NCBI GenBank assembly: GCA_904063045.1
Contig: CAJFCJ010000017.1
Location: 682,001 to 746,000 of the forward strand
DNA from: Dimorphilus gyrociliatus
Taxonomy: Eukaryota > Animalia > Annelida
Direction of reading: 5' to 3'
Length of the DNA stretch: 64,000 bases
The notes beneath the pieces are model-generated. The model was not told where the DNA came from and ran no database searches. It saw only the letters and a program-made list of their open reading frames with translations. Position 1 is the stretch's first letter, and every line of letters starts with the position of its first letter. Below, one piece after another: positions 27,401-41,325 of the stretch. Position numbers and translations under genes: made by a program.

Positions 27401-29139
27401 AAATTAAGAAATAAATGCTTAGGCTATCCGAATTTTTGCAAATTGAATGAAATATTCTCCCTTAGGCCTAATGTGGGGAGATGTTGGCTAAGAAATAAAT
27501 AATTTCTCAGTGGATAGAAAAGAGCTTCTGGTTTTTTAATGCATAGGTTTCTTACCATTAATTAAAGTCTTCCTATAAGGTTATTTAATAATGAAAGGAC
27601 CAAAGTGTAAAGCAGAATACGAAAAGAGATAAAAGAGGACAAGGAGTAAAACACTTTTTAAAGAATATTGGCCTTTTATTCATTGATTTATTATCCATCG
27701 TAACATTCCACTAGACAACATCAATTTGTTATTTATCAGATAATAACAACCAGAGAATTTATATTCATGTTGTTATTAGATAAGATTTTAAAGAAAGGAA
27801 TATATAAATAACACAACAACAGCAACAACAAATAAACAAAGTGATAAAATGTAAAAAAAAAAGAGAGAGAGAAAAGGAAAAATAAGGAATATGCTTCTAA
27901 TAATAATTAGTTGAAGAGAAAGAATAGAAAAAGAAATAAATAGAAGAGTAAGAATAGGAGATAAACAAACAAAATCAAGTTAAAATACGAGAGAAATTTA
28001 CCAATTACTCGGAGTGCACTTTAGCATAAAATTTTATTTATATTTATAAAAGCCTCGATCAGTTAATTGAGTAAGATCGTTTGGAAAGCATTTTGATCCA
28101 CTTCCTCTTTAATCCGATTATCAAATGCTTCGTCTATCTCCGACAAATTTTATTATCATCTTTTTAAATATTTAATTCTTACAATTCTTCTTTTATTCAA
28201 AATCATAATCATCATCTTTCTCTCCCTATCTCCTTCTTACCATATTGTTTGCATTAGCAATACTAATCGTACTAATAGAAATTTGGCCTAAGAATTAAAA
28301 GATACCAATAAAGAAACACGAAAGGTATAGAACACACTTTCAAGTTGATCAAGGTAAAGCTTTCATCTTACATGGATTAATAGCCAAAGAAAATGACATA
28401 TATATATATAACATGGCATCGTACTGCCTTTAAAAAAATTTGCACTTGATAAAAGCGCTTTAGTCTTATGTTATATATTGTTTTCATTTAGGTCTATTTT
28501 ATATCAATAACAGTCTTGTTTCATTTGAAAATATATATTTCAACATAGTATAAAACATATAATGTATATATAGCGTTCTATTTTAAATTAGAATATATTT
28601 TCTCTATTGGAGGAATAGGTTGGGATAAATTTTTACATTACTGATTCTCTTTCTATCCTCCTCCTTTAACATCTTGTTTGTTTAGATAATTTTAGATAAA
28701 ATACATATATTAAAGTTTATTCAAGCTTTAATTTATTTACGATTATTATTTGTATTTTTTAATGGCTATCCATTAATAATACTGTTGTTATCCCTATCGT
28801 GAAAATTGATGAAATGTAGAATTATTCGTTTTATAGTTGTTTACAGCATATAGTACTCATAAATTATTCTTAATGTAAGTAAGGGACTTTGAGGATGCGT
28901 TTTAAATAAGGTCGAGTCAGCTAGTCGCATCCATATTAATCAGTATAGTATATTTACCATTCTGAAGCAAACTGATAGAAAGATAAAATAAAAACAAAAT
29001 TTACCAATTAAAATCATGACGTCATAAAAACGTTTTATATGTATAAAAGTACATTAAATACGTATAATTTCAATACGGCTAAGTAATTAATAATTATAGA
29101 TATTCAATTGGATAGAAATTTAAATATATATTGTATACG

Positions 29140-29189
29140 TATATATATATATATATATATATATATGTAGACAGAGAGAGAGAGAGAGA
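29140..29189. repeat. Compound (AT)n/(AG)n microsatellite
   Basis: Visible dinucleotide runs. Further (AG)/(CT)/poly-C runs occur near 23600-23706, 27290-27306 and 29290-29322. Confidence 0.9.
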
Positions 29190-29288
29190 ATATGATTGAG
29201 AGGCTGGAGATAGTTGCACAAACTAACTAGAGAGAAAAAGGTACGAAAGTCGAAAAGAAAAAAATCTTCTCATTCTAACTATCTTCCT

Positions 29289-29323
<35 letters not shown>

Positions 29324-31811
29324 ATTTTTTAGCTTATATATTAACTATATTAGGCACAATGTCAATATATTCTCTTATAATGATCATGTAAAATATGTAT
29401 AATATTAATAAAGAATTGATTAGTTTTGTATAGTGTAATATCATATAGCTAGCTATCTATTGATAAAAATGCGTATTGTTTTAATACATTTTTTCCATTC
29501 GTCATTAATGGCGTTCATTAAGACATGATAGTAACTTATTAATGGTATTTATTTGTTCTAATGTATTTTTAATAGAATAATCTTTCCTAATGAATATTAA
29601 TTGATCATATAGATATTTCTTTAGCCTATCATCAGCTTTAAATTAACTTTTAAACAAACAAATGAAGGACTAATAACGTAAATGTTTTTTTTGTCTCTCT
29701 CTTCATATCAATCTATCTATCATTATTCTTATGTCCTCTTTTCTTTTCTCTTTTGTTCACATTGAAAAAGAATAAGTTGCTTTTTTTAATAAAAAAAAAA
29801 AGAAACTATATATAATATTCACTTTTAGGCTAATTAAAATAACTTTTACGTATTAGATTTTTGTTTGTTAGCAAATTGATTAATACTCTCTCTCTCCCTC
29901 TCTCTTTCCCCCTCCCTAGATATTGTTCCTTTCTAAATCTTTCCAGCTCAAAAGGACCCTGGTAACTCTTTGTTGAATTGAGTGATACTTTGTATCGCTT
30001 GCAAGAGAGGGAGTTTTTTTTAATATATAGAAATAGCTCCATCTACAGCGTGTCAATAGAATTACTCGTTTACTCACCTTTCGTAAATTTTCCGGGACTG
30101 TTCCAAGCGCCACAGTACCGGGTTTTTTTTTCGATGAAGAATATCAACAGGATACCGCTAGTGGTTAATAGTCTTTTATGATACATATAAACAATAACAA
30201 TAACTTCAGGCTAAATCAGGATTTAAAAACATACAGATTAAAAGGTAAATTCAAAAAATTGTGTTTTTCATTTATCGATTTGTTTCACAGACCACGTGAC
30301 CAATATTAGTAATACTTCTCCTTATCGATATAGAAAATTGAAATGATAGATTATAGTTGATTAATGTAAGAAAGAAGAAAATTAAGAGATTAAACAATTA
30401 ATTAGTTAGTTATTTAGATAAATAAAAAAGGAGAAGAAGTCAAGGAAATAGACACGTAAAAGTTTTTAATTCTTAAAATAGATTCAATATTGAACAGCTT
30501 TGTAATTTTCTAACATATAGTTTTAACTGAATTATTAATGAAACGAACAGGTATATAATCAAATTAATTAACGAATAAAAGGTTAGAAAATATGTCCCTT
30601 TTTTGTGTTTATTTTATAATTCGTCTATTTTTTTTTCTATTACCATTTTATATAAAAATCAATAGAACAAACAATATATTGACAATTATTTATAAACATT
30701 ATGTAAATCTTCTTTCTTAAGATGTCAACTTAGTTCTTGTTTCAATATTAGTTTTATTTTTAAAATATCTAATTAGTTTCAAAGGTCTATTAATTGTTAT
30801 TCTATTTTTTTTTCTTTCTTTCTCCATATCCGGTTGGTATCATCTGGTACGATTTTATAGCCTATTTTGTTCTAAATATTTCATTTTTGATTAGAAATGT
30901 CGTGATACAAGATATCTTTAGATTTTATGTTGATAAGAAAAAATTAAAGATACTCAATAGCATTCTATTGAAAAAAAACTATCGAGTTCTTTCTTTTCGT
31001 ACTTAGTTCATATTAAATTGAAATAACTGTTGGAGAGAGGAAAAATCGTAGCTTTTGGACGGAAACAAAGAGCCATATAGATGTCGATAGGCCTATATAA
31101 TTTAATGCTTACAAAGCTTAGTGGTAGGGGAAAAATAAAATCCAACTAGATGTAGCAGTCATGCTATTTATAAAGCATTCATTGAAAAGAGACGCTTTAT
31201 ATTTATAAATAGAATATTATGTTCTACTAATATACTGTTATGTATTAATGCATAAAAGTGTATTTTGTCTGTTCAACAATTTATTAATTGAGTAGTATTA
31301 ATTACAATCCTTTGCGCAACTACAGGCAAAAATGTAACAATATTTTTTAACTATTCCTTTTATATCTGTACTTGAAAAAAAAATGTTTATATAATAGGCC
31401 TGCAAAAGAATATTGGTACCAGTCTAAAAGGCCTTTGAACTGCGTGTTACGATAGCGATCATTGTGCTATTGGCCGAGGACGTTGAAACAAGTTTAGAGA
31501 TTTAATAATTTAACTTTTTTTTCTCCTTCATTCTCTACGCTCTCCTCTCAAATTTTCCTGAAATTTATCATCACCATCAACCTAATTCGGTCTATTACTT
31601 GATTATTATTAAAAGTGGACTATAGTGAATTTATTGAAAAACCGAAGATATTCTCATTACTTTTGAGGAAGAAATAGAAGAATTCTCACACATTTAGCTT
31701 GGTTATTTTTTTTCCTTTTTTATGGACAAATTTCTCAAGTTCTTTACAAAATATCCTACTTTTGATTAGTCATCTGCTCCAGGCATTCGTCTACAGCATA
31801 TAAAAAATAAT

Positions 31812-31816
<5 letters not shown>

Positions 31817-31858
<42 letters not shown>
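31817..31858. repeat. (AT)n microsatellite, about 21 units
   Basis: Uninterrupted AT run. Confidence 0.95.
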
Positions 31859-31860
<2 letters not shown>

Positions 31861-32042
31861 TGTAAAACATATTCATATAGTTTTAGATGAAAATCAAGAA
31901 AAGAGAAGATCTCTCGATTTTTCTACCTGAAAAGTTAACAAGTAGAAAAAAAAACGTCAGTTAGAAATCTTTAAAAAATAATAACATGACAACTGTTTAA
32001 AACTAAAATTGTATAAGAAAGAAGAACAATAGAGATTGAGAT

Positions 32043-33581
32043 ATGAATAGAAATAGAGGAATTAGAAGATCGATTGTCAGAGGAGGAAAAGACGATAAGA
32101 TCGTTTTAATATTTGGCGATATTAATACTGGTAAAACTTGCCTGGAAGATGAATTTAGACCTGAAGACGATTTATCTAATACAACTTCCCTTTTACATCA
32201 AGGAAATAACTATTTGAATAGATTAAACTATGGAGAAAAAAAGGTAAAGTTTATTTTATTTTCCCAAAGCATTTATTCATCGGTAAAATCCCACAAGACA
32301 GCTGTTTCACCATTGTATTTAACTAGAACATATAGAGATATTTCTTTCAAACTCTATATAGGATATAAAGTGTAGAATATACTATTTATTTCAAAAGGAA
32401 AAGTAAGAAAAAGCCTACTTCTAGTTTACCAAAAAACATGATCAATATTCAGATTAGTGTACGTCTTTGATAAAAGACAATTTTATATATATATATATGT
32501 ATAGTATAGTCGTATAATACGAGTGTAAAAAAAGAAAGCCTATGTCTTTAAAAGACTAGATTCGTGATAGATAATAATAGAAATATATCGGTGAATGGTT
32601 AATAGAGGGCATAAATAAAACTATTGTTGATCGATCCTTAAATAAATTTTTTCTAATATATTCTACAATCTCTTCTTTCTTATTCCTCCTCTGTAGACTA
32701 ATTAAAATGAACAGTCTCTTTTTATTATTTTGAAGGGAAGAATGCTGTAATAATAAATTATGTTCCTAGAAAAATTGAGTATTCATAGAATTATGCTTAG
32801 TTTGCAAAATAAAATAAAATATAGTGAAAAGGAGGACAAGGAAACAAAACGAAGAAGCTAACCAATGAATGAATTGAGAGAATGTTTTCTTCTTTTATTA
32901 TTAGATTTTTTTTAGATTTATTGTCTAAATAATGTTTATTAGCTTTAAAATGTCTTTTGTGACGATTATATTGTATAATAGCTATTATTATTGATGAACA
33001 GAAAAAAATTATACTATTCTACTAATCTTCAGATAATCTTCAAGTCAGCAAATTGTAATCACTGCAAAGATATTGCAGGTGAACAGCAATATGATGTAAT
33101 ATTACTTTGCTTTTCTGTCGATGAACCAGACAGTGTTGAGTCAATAGAGAGTGGTTGGTCGCCAGAGGTAAGCGACATAGTAAATTTGTTTAATTTGCAA
33201 AATATGAAGGTAATAAGATTTTTCTATTGTTAATAGCTTAGGCAGCACTTTTGCCCAGGTAAACCGGTTGTTGTTGTTGGGACAAAGATAGACCTCCGCC
33301 ACAACGAGATCACTAAAAGAGAATTAGAAAGAAGGGGCAAATATCCAGTTAATACTTTTGCTGGTAAAGCATGTGCGTCACGCTTACACGCCGAAGCCTA
33401 TGCTGAATGTTCAACTAAAACAGGAGAAGGTCTAGACGATCTTCTCAGAATCGTAACAAACATTGCCGAGAAAGCTGATAAGGAGAGAAGGAAGAGACGA
33501 TTCTATGATTGCTTAAGAACTTGGTGCGCTTGTTTCCGTTGCTGCTTTAGAGATAATAAGTATAAATTACAGACTGATTAG
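32043..33581 (+). CDS. Atypical Rho-family small GTPase-like protein (226 aa)
   Basis: Exons 32043-32243, 33033-33167 and 33237-33581, all phase 0. G1 [19 protein letters not shown]4 VVGTKIDLR, Rho-insert-like helix and G5 ECSTK are present. Confidence 0.85.
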
Positions 33582-35740
33582 CCTTCCTCCATAATCAGTC
33601 AATCTCTATTCACTTCGAAGAAATTAAAAGCAACGTCTACTATTTCATAAAGAGGGAGATTGGGGGAAGAACATTCAATCCTTCGTTTATGAACACACGT
33701 ATACATATATTATATATATATTAAATGATTACTTGTCTATTTTATACTTTTATCACACATTGAAGCTATCAGATTATGATAATCTGCCATCATATTGGAT
33801 TATATTAATGTATAATTTGATGGTTAAATTATCAACAAAAAAGAGGAAAAAACAACAAATTCAAACTACTAGCTTATGTCTTTTTGTATTAATTGTAATT
33901 AACTGAACTAACTTTATTATTACTATTATTTTCCATAAAGAGAGGGGGTCTGACTATCCTGCAATGAATAGTTCTTTTTAGTATCATTAGTATTCATTTA
34001 TCATACAGATATTGTGTTGTTGGATAAGCACAATACACTCTGTTTTATATACATTATACAGTATACAGTGTATATATATATCTTTTTTGTATTGAATCTT
34101 AATTGTTTGCTTTAAATACAAACTATACAAAAACTAATAGTCATAACGATTTTTATTATTGCGCAATAAATGTTCTTTAATTAATATCTGTCTATTCTTC
34201 TATGTTTTAATTTCATACTCCCAAACAAAAAAAAAGGATTACCTAAGCTGTTCAATAAATTGTTATACAGATTTCTGCTGAATAAACTTTTTCTATGTTA
34301 TATTTATAGATAAGAAACTGGTTTTAACACGTTTTTCTTTCTTCGTATACATATTATCTACAAGTGTTGAAACTTAAAATAAAAAATCACTTTTTTTCTA
34401 GTATAGTCCTATATTTTTCAGTTTTGATTGAATTATAAAAATTATTATCTCTTAAAATAATACTACTTTTGATTTATCTATAATTAATCTTGTCAAGTCT
34501 TTTATGATATTTTGAAATTTGAATATCAACCGAAGAGAATTTTTACTATTAAAGTCATAAATTATAGTTTTTATTCTCTGTTTTACAAGTGCAACAAGTT
34601 TAAAGAGATAGCCTTGACAATTTTATTTATTCAATGTATATTCTATATGTAATATGTATTAATACATAAGAAATTATTCCAAAACATTCTTCTTCTATTA
34701 ATTTAAAAACAGATAGTATTACTTTACGTCTGGCTAATAATAATATCAATAAAAAAAACATCAAAAGGTTAAAAGGTTAGAGCATTAGAGAAATTTGAAT
34801 AAATGGGAAGTTTTTACATATATAGATATTAAATTGCCAAGTATGAATCACTGTAACAAAGAAAATTGTAGAATCATTGAATACAAGATACGGATAACCA
34901 TGTATAACTGAGGAAGAAAAAAAAAAAGAACAAAGAGCCAAATTCCATAAGAATGAAAATGTTTAATGTTTGCATATTACAATAAACTACTTTCTATTAT
35001 AATTAAAAGAACTATTAAAAGAAATAATAAAACATAAAGTTTAAGAATTAGGACAGAAATATTTGCTTCGACAGTTGACTATATACTAGTTATTAGTAAT
35101 TCGAAATTACTATATGAATTGGGCTTAACGAGAAGAGAATTTAGTTCAATTAAGAGGGCTATAGAAATAATTTAATATAATATAATTATTATAGAATTTA
35201 TAAAGGTCATAAGAATAGAAATGTTTTTTATGAGTCATATAAAACATTTCCATTTTTAGTTTTAAATTTTTAAATGTTACGAAACGTAAAAGAAGAAAAG
35301 AATAGAAAAAAAGAATTCTCTATTCTTAAACTAAAAAGAAAAAGGAACATTCTTTCATATAGTTGAAAGTTATTCATACTTTTGAAAAGTTTTTACTTTT
35401 CATCATCACGTGATTATTTATTTGTCACTGTAGTAGTATAGTAGTATAATTCTACTTAGTGAACCCATTTCTCTCTATACTTTGTAAACAATTTACATTT
35501 ACTTTAAATTAGTATAATTTACAAATTTTGAAACAATACTTTATATCCGTTGTAGAAGATTTAACGTATCTTATGACTTGGTACAGTGGTAATAACATTC
35601 CCATGATCATATTTCTCATGTAGTCTAATGTCAGCCTATACTTGCTTCTGAGCAAACTATTTACCTTCTATAATCAAAATTTACTATATTTAGATGAAAA
35701 ATTAAAGAGAAATACAATTTCCTTAAATGAAAATCTCTTT

Positions 35741-38700
35741 TTATAGATATGGTATTTGGCGAAGAGATACCGTTTCAGTTGTTGACGAATCTTGAGAGGA
35801 AGATGTAGAATATTTCTTCTTTATGATAATTTTCTCCTTAATTGATTTCTTAATAGTTGAGTCTACTTTGAAAATATGTAATGACCGATTTATCATTTTC
35901 CCTACTAAAGTTACAACGTAATCTTCGTGATGTGTTATACCGACTGTAAAGACGTCAGAGTCGCATTTAATTTTCCACAGTTCTTCACCTATTAGACTAT
36001 TCCATATTTTAATATATTTATCATCAGATCCGCTTACAAGGAGATTTCCTTCTTGAGCTAAAGCAAGACTGTTTATTTTTGCTGTATGACTACTACATTT
36101 AAGATGTCTATCTTCGCAAAAATACGCGATATTTATCGTTCCCGAAGAGTCTCCGCTCGCTATAGTATCGTTGTTTGCGACTAAGCAAGTTAATTGAGAA
36201 GTATGATAACCTAAAATCCTTACATCCGCCTTAGGTGAGTTAAGATCGATATGAACAATGCAACCCTCCTTTGTGCCCGTGATCATATGACCCGAATCCC
36301 TAACTTGTATTGTTTCTAATAAGATTGAAATTGATACTGGTATTGTCAAATCGTATTGAAATTGCCATAAAACAAATGCATTGTCCTTTTGAATAGTTAT
36401 TCCCCATTCTAGAGAATTATCAATAAATATATAACTGGGAGATGACGTTATAAAAGCCGTCCTTGTCATTATGCATTTTCCCGTTAATCTTTCAATAATC
36501 TTTATTACTGTACTTAACGACTGAAATTGAAGAATTCCAATATGTAAACAATTACTAGTCACGTGACAATTTTCACATGGAATTGTCTTTTCACCATAAT
36601 AAAGGGAATGTCCATTTTGTAGATTCCATTTCTAAATCGGCCAAGAAAAACAAAATATAGAACAATCCTCTATTATAAAAGTACAACTTCTTTAAATTAT
36701 TGTACAACTTACGCATAGAATGTTTGTCTGACCTAAACATTTTATCTTAAGCCTTGCTAGGCCAATAATTGTGTTTTCAATAATTTCTAAAATAGTAATT
36801 ATACAATTGGATCCTTCTGCTAGTTCCAAAGTGAAAATGGGATAATTTTCAAGTAAATTCCATACAATTGCTGAGTCATTTTCCCTGCAAGTAATCAAAA
36901 ACTGATCATTTTTAGACAAGAAGATCATAGAAATTCTATTTCTATATTCTTCGCATGGAAAGATGATTCGGGGTGCAACGTTTCGAATCCATTTAGATTT
37001 TTTGGCTGTCCTTTGATTCCTTTGATTATTAATTAAATTAAGTTGGTTCCCTACTGGTATAGTTTTCTTTATTTTATTTAAATTTGACAATTTGTCATAA
37101 AGGTACACTTGTCTATCGTTTTTAAGATCTTTAATCGTTTGTACTGTCACCATTTCTGACTTTTCGGTAAAACGAACTTTATTTCTAGCATTCACTTTAG
37201 GAAAACTAACTATCCAATTATGTTCTGAACCCAGCAGTGTTGGTAAATGCCAGACGTGACATGAATTTTGACTTGAGGAAGTGATTATGACGCTATTTTC
37301 AACAGACGCTAAGCAATTCGCTACTGAACCGTCCGAATGAGCTAAGAAATCATGCAAAATGGTCAAATTTTCTAAACTATAAATAGTTACATGTCCATTT
37401 TGAAAGCCTATAAGCGCAAATTTGTTTGTTAAATTCATAGAAGTTGGTATTTGATAAAGTAGTCGGATTGAAATTTTGTCAATAGTTGAATCGATTGGGT
37501 CAAAAATGCTTAGACAAGCTTCAGAAGTTCTGCTATTCGTGCAGACCTTAATAACGTTTGTAAATGTAATATCAAGCATTCTTATTTGCCAGTCTGATCT
37601 TTTCTCTTCGATTGACGGCTGATGTAGGAATAGCTTTTGTCTTATATCAAATACTGCCAAACAATCGTTTGTACAGCCAACGATAGCTTGATAATATCTT
37701 ATACATAGAGTTTTAGGTATAATGTCTTCGATAAGTGCGAAAGTATGAATATATGATTTGGGAATAAATTTGTCAGGATTATCTTCGTCATAATCCCTTA
37801 ACATACTAAATTTTATGAGAATTATACTTGCTGGCTTACTACCGTCTCGCGATAAACTTATTAGGATATCGCTATAAGTTGGAGTATAATTAACATCGCA
37901 AATGGTTTTTCCAAAAGCTTCTATGGGCGGTATCGATAAAATTCTACGTTCTCTTATGCTTAATATAATTAGTCCCCTTTTAGACATAAGATCATAAACA
38001 TTCGCATCATTTATCTTTATCACTGCGTGTCTTTTTTTAGACATAGCCATTAATTGAATAACACTATCCAATTGGTCTATCTCCCTGATAGTTATATCTA
38101 TGAGCTTTCTCATAGCTATTGGAAAGACTTCGATTAACTGTAAGAAACTACCAGTTTCTAGAAGCCAAGAGAAAACTTGATTTCTTCCATTCGTGTGATA
38201 AATAATACCTCCTACTATCTTTATGTCATCGTACAACTTTGGTTTACCTAAATTACCTAAAAATTGCCCATCAGTCAAATCGCAAAATGCCAAACCTAGC
38301 TCTGAACCATAGATTAAGATAGTCTTTTCACTGATAATCTCCAAACAATGAGACACTCCCGCTATCGACGCGATACGGATGCCACCAGCTAAAGTCGTCA
38401 TTGGTAACAATGGTTTTAATAAAGGAATATTCAATTTATGAAATACATCTGAAGCTTCTTTTCTCAGAGATGTTAAATGGTGAGAATTTGTACCGGCTTC
38501 AGGGATATGATAGAAGATAATTGTTGCTAGAGAATCTGGATCGTTTTCTAATTGATCAGTAATGTTTAATATTAAATCTCTTAGGTAACGAGCGTCGTGA
38601 TGTGAGTCTTCTGCGAGATAAATGTCATCAAGAATAGATTGAATACCACAGCATTTTAGCTTATACCATAACCATTCTAAATGAAATATAACCTTAGTCT

Positions 38701-41229
38701 TTAACATCTCAAAATTATCGTCTAATTGAGCTAAAAGACTTGGAAGAATATTAAATAACCGAATAGAGTTTGGTTCTATAAACCGAAAGGATAGTCCTCG
38801 ATTGGCTTTTTCAATCTTTAAATTCCTTTTGGTTAATAGCAAATCTCTATGACGACCATTTCTCCCGCAATTCAAAGTTTCTATTAAATGTTTAATATTG
38901 AATTTATTAAGATCATAACGAATAAGTATTCTATCTCTTATCGCTCTATACTGCCAGCATATAACTACGTAATCGTGTGAGATATCAACTCTGGTGAATG
39001 GTTCAATAGACTTGCGTAATTTTAACCAAAGCATTTCGGGAAATCTAACATATTCGAAAGAAGTTGGATCGTAATCGGTATAAATATAATTCATTAGTTC
39101 ATCATCACTGGATAGTGCATCTAGCATTTCGGTATCCGTTATACCATAGACCATTAAACTAATAAATGATAACGACCGATTAATAAATAAAGTACCAAAT
39201 TGGCTTTCAAGAAACTCGAGCCATCTATCAATAACATCATCAAGGCAGGATGAGAAGGGAAGATGATAGATATCATTCCAAGAATTCCACGATAAAGATA
39301 AATGGACATTAATCACTAGCGCAAGAAGATTCTTATGAATAGAGTAAGAATTTTGAATAATAGCTTTCTGTTTTTCATTCAAAGTTCGTTTATTAATGCT
39401 TAATAATCCATCTATGAGTAAACTAGCATCATTATCAGTTATACTTTCAATTCTATATAAACAATCGTACGATAGATGAGGTGTCAACGAATACAAACAA
39501 TTATTATCAGCATTAATATCGCAAGACACTAACAGATGTACCCTTGATGGTAGTAGTCTTGGTATCCACAGAATATCCCAACCTCCTCTCTCTAATTTAA
39601 TTAAATGTATATCGCTAACCATTATAACTAGATGTTGATCGGATTTTAAAAGATTACCGGCAAGGTTAAGGGTTTCTTTAAAATATAATCTAGTATTAAT
39701 CTTTTGAGTTATTGAATCTATGAAATTATCCACTTTCAATACAATTCTTATATGATTACATAGTTCTAAGAGAAAATTGCCAATTGAACTTGTCTTTTCG
39801 CTTGTTCCTCCTAATCTTATAATTGATATTGTAGAATCTCCTAACCATTTACGTATATTCTTTGACATTTCTATTAAAATACTTCTTTTACCTATTCCAG
39901 TTTCTCCATATAATACTAATGGAACTTGAGGATCGTCTAACATAAAGATTTTCAAATCTTCAAGGGTATTTTCCCTACCTATAAAATACTCCGAAAATAA
40001 CGATGATACTCTCTTTGCTTGACAAACAACCTCATTTTTAAACAAATCTTTGTAATTAGATAAATCAATAGTTGCATTATCTATACAGTTTGTCAATTTT
40101 TTGTAAAAGAAACTCCCTATTTCTTTAAGATATTTATCACTATTTATAGTTAAGAGATCGTTGTATTTCAGGTTTATGATATTAATATTCTCATCACTTA
40201 ATTTATCATTTATTATCTTCTTAACTTTACTTAAGGCGGCTAATTTTTCAGGATAAACTCGTCCATCCCTATAGAAAATAGTTAAAAGCAATAAAGAATA
40301 ATTCAGATAAGGATAGCGTCTAATTTTTACGTTGTCAAGTCTGTAATAGGCTGATTCTTAAACTTATGCCTAAACTTTTCAAGATTGGTAATATTTCTAA
40401 TGCAAACAAGAGTAGTGTCATCTTTTTTAGGATTATCAGAGATTATATAAGCGACCAGCCGTTCGATGTCATAGTATAAGTATTCCAGTGAATTTTTCTT
40501 ATCAATTAGCTGATTCCTTAAGGCGTAACACATAGTTTCACTGATAAGATAGTTCAATTGCTTCTTAATATTTAGCCAATCAATTACGCAATGATTTCTA
40601 ATCAACTCGTAATCTTTGCTTGTAGTCGAATAAAACGGAAGTATACTATCGATATCTAACAATACATATTCTTCGGGAATTGAATTCTTATCCAGTCTAT
40701 AGCATTTCCTGAGCAAATAATCATTTTTCAATGAAAATCGATCAACGATAGTATCAATAAATTTCCATTTACTTTTATCTATCACTCTGGGAATTGACCT
40801 CTCACCGCATTTATCACCGACGAAAAACTGTTTTGCATAAATTATGCAAATATAGATATATATTTTAATAAATAATTAACATATTTATATTATATATACT
40901 GTACAAAAGACAATTACTAAATAGTAAATAAGATTATTATCGTATTGTAAGAATTCCTCAAGAGAATTGAATGGTAAAAGATGATTATTATCTATTTTAT
41001 TTGTACCAAAATTTTGATAATTGATAATATTTAACTCTAAATTCTTTTTATAGCAATACAAATATAAATCTGGTAAAGTTTCATTATAAAATGCCGATAA
41101 TTCTATTTTCATATCATTTCCGGGGGATATTAAAAAAACTGTGACAGATGTTTTAGGTAAACAAGGTAAATTTTTAAAGTAACCTGTATATAATTCATTT
41201 AACAGATTATTACAATTTAATTTGTTCAT
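35741..41229 (-). CDS. NWD1/NWD2-like NACHT and WD40 repeat protein, highly divergent
   Basis: Four exons. DUF4062-like N-terminus (LPCLPKTSVTVFLIS, FVGDKCGERSIP), NACHT PLVLYGETGIGKRS, LSFISLMVYGITDTEMLDALSSDDE, RFPEMLWLKLR and C-terminal WD repeats (LVSGSDDKYIKIWN). Confidence 0.85.
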
Positions 41230-41325
41230 ATTTAAATTATTATATATTAAAAGTAAAATGAATATTTAAATTGATTAAATGACCTAATTAATTTTTACGA
41301 AGTAAATAAATAACGTTTTCTTCTT

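Noticed and set aside
28438-28460. AATTGCACTTG resembling the miR-92 family 5' end
   Set aside because: The match stops after 11 nt and there is no precursor hairpin.
35741-41229. Horizontal transfer or transposon origin of the very AT-rich, long-exon NWD gene
   Set aside because: It has spliceosomal introns and metazoan NWD1/2 architecture, with no transposase/RT motifs, terminal repeats or target-site duplications.
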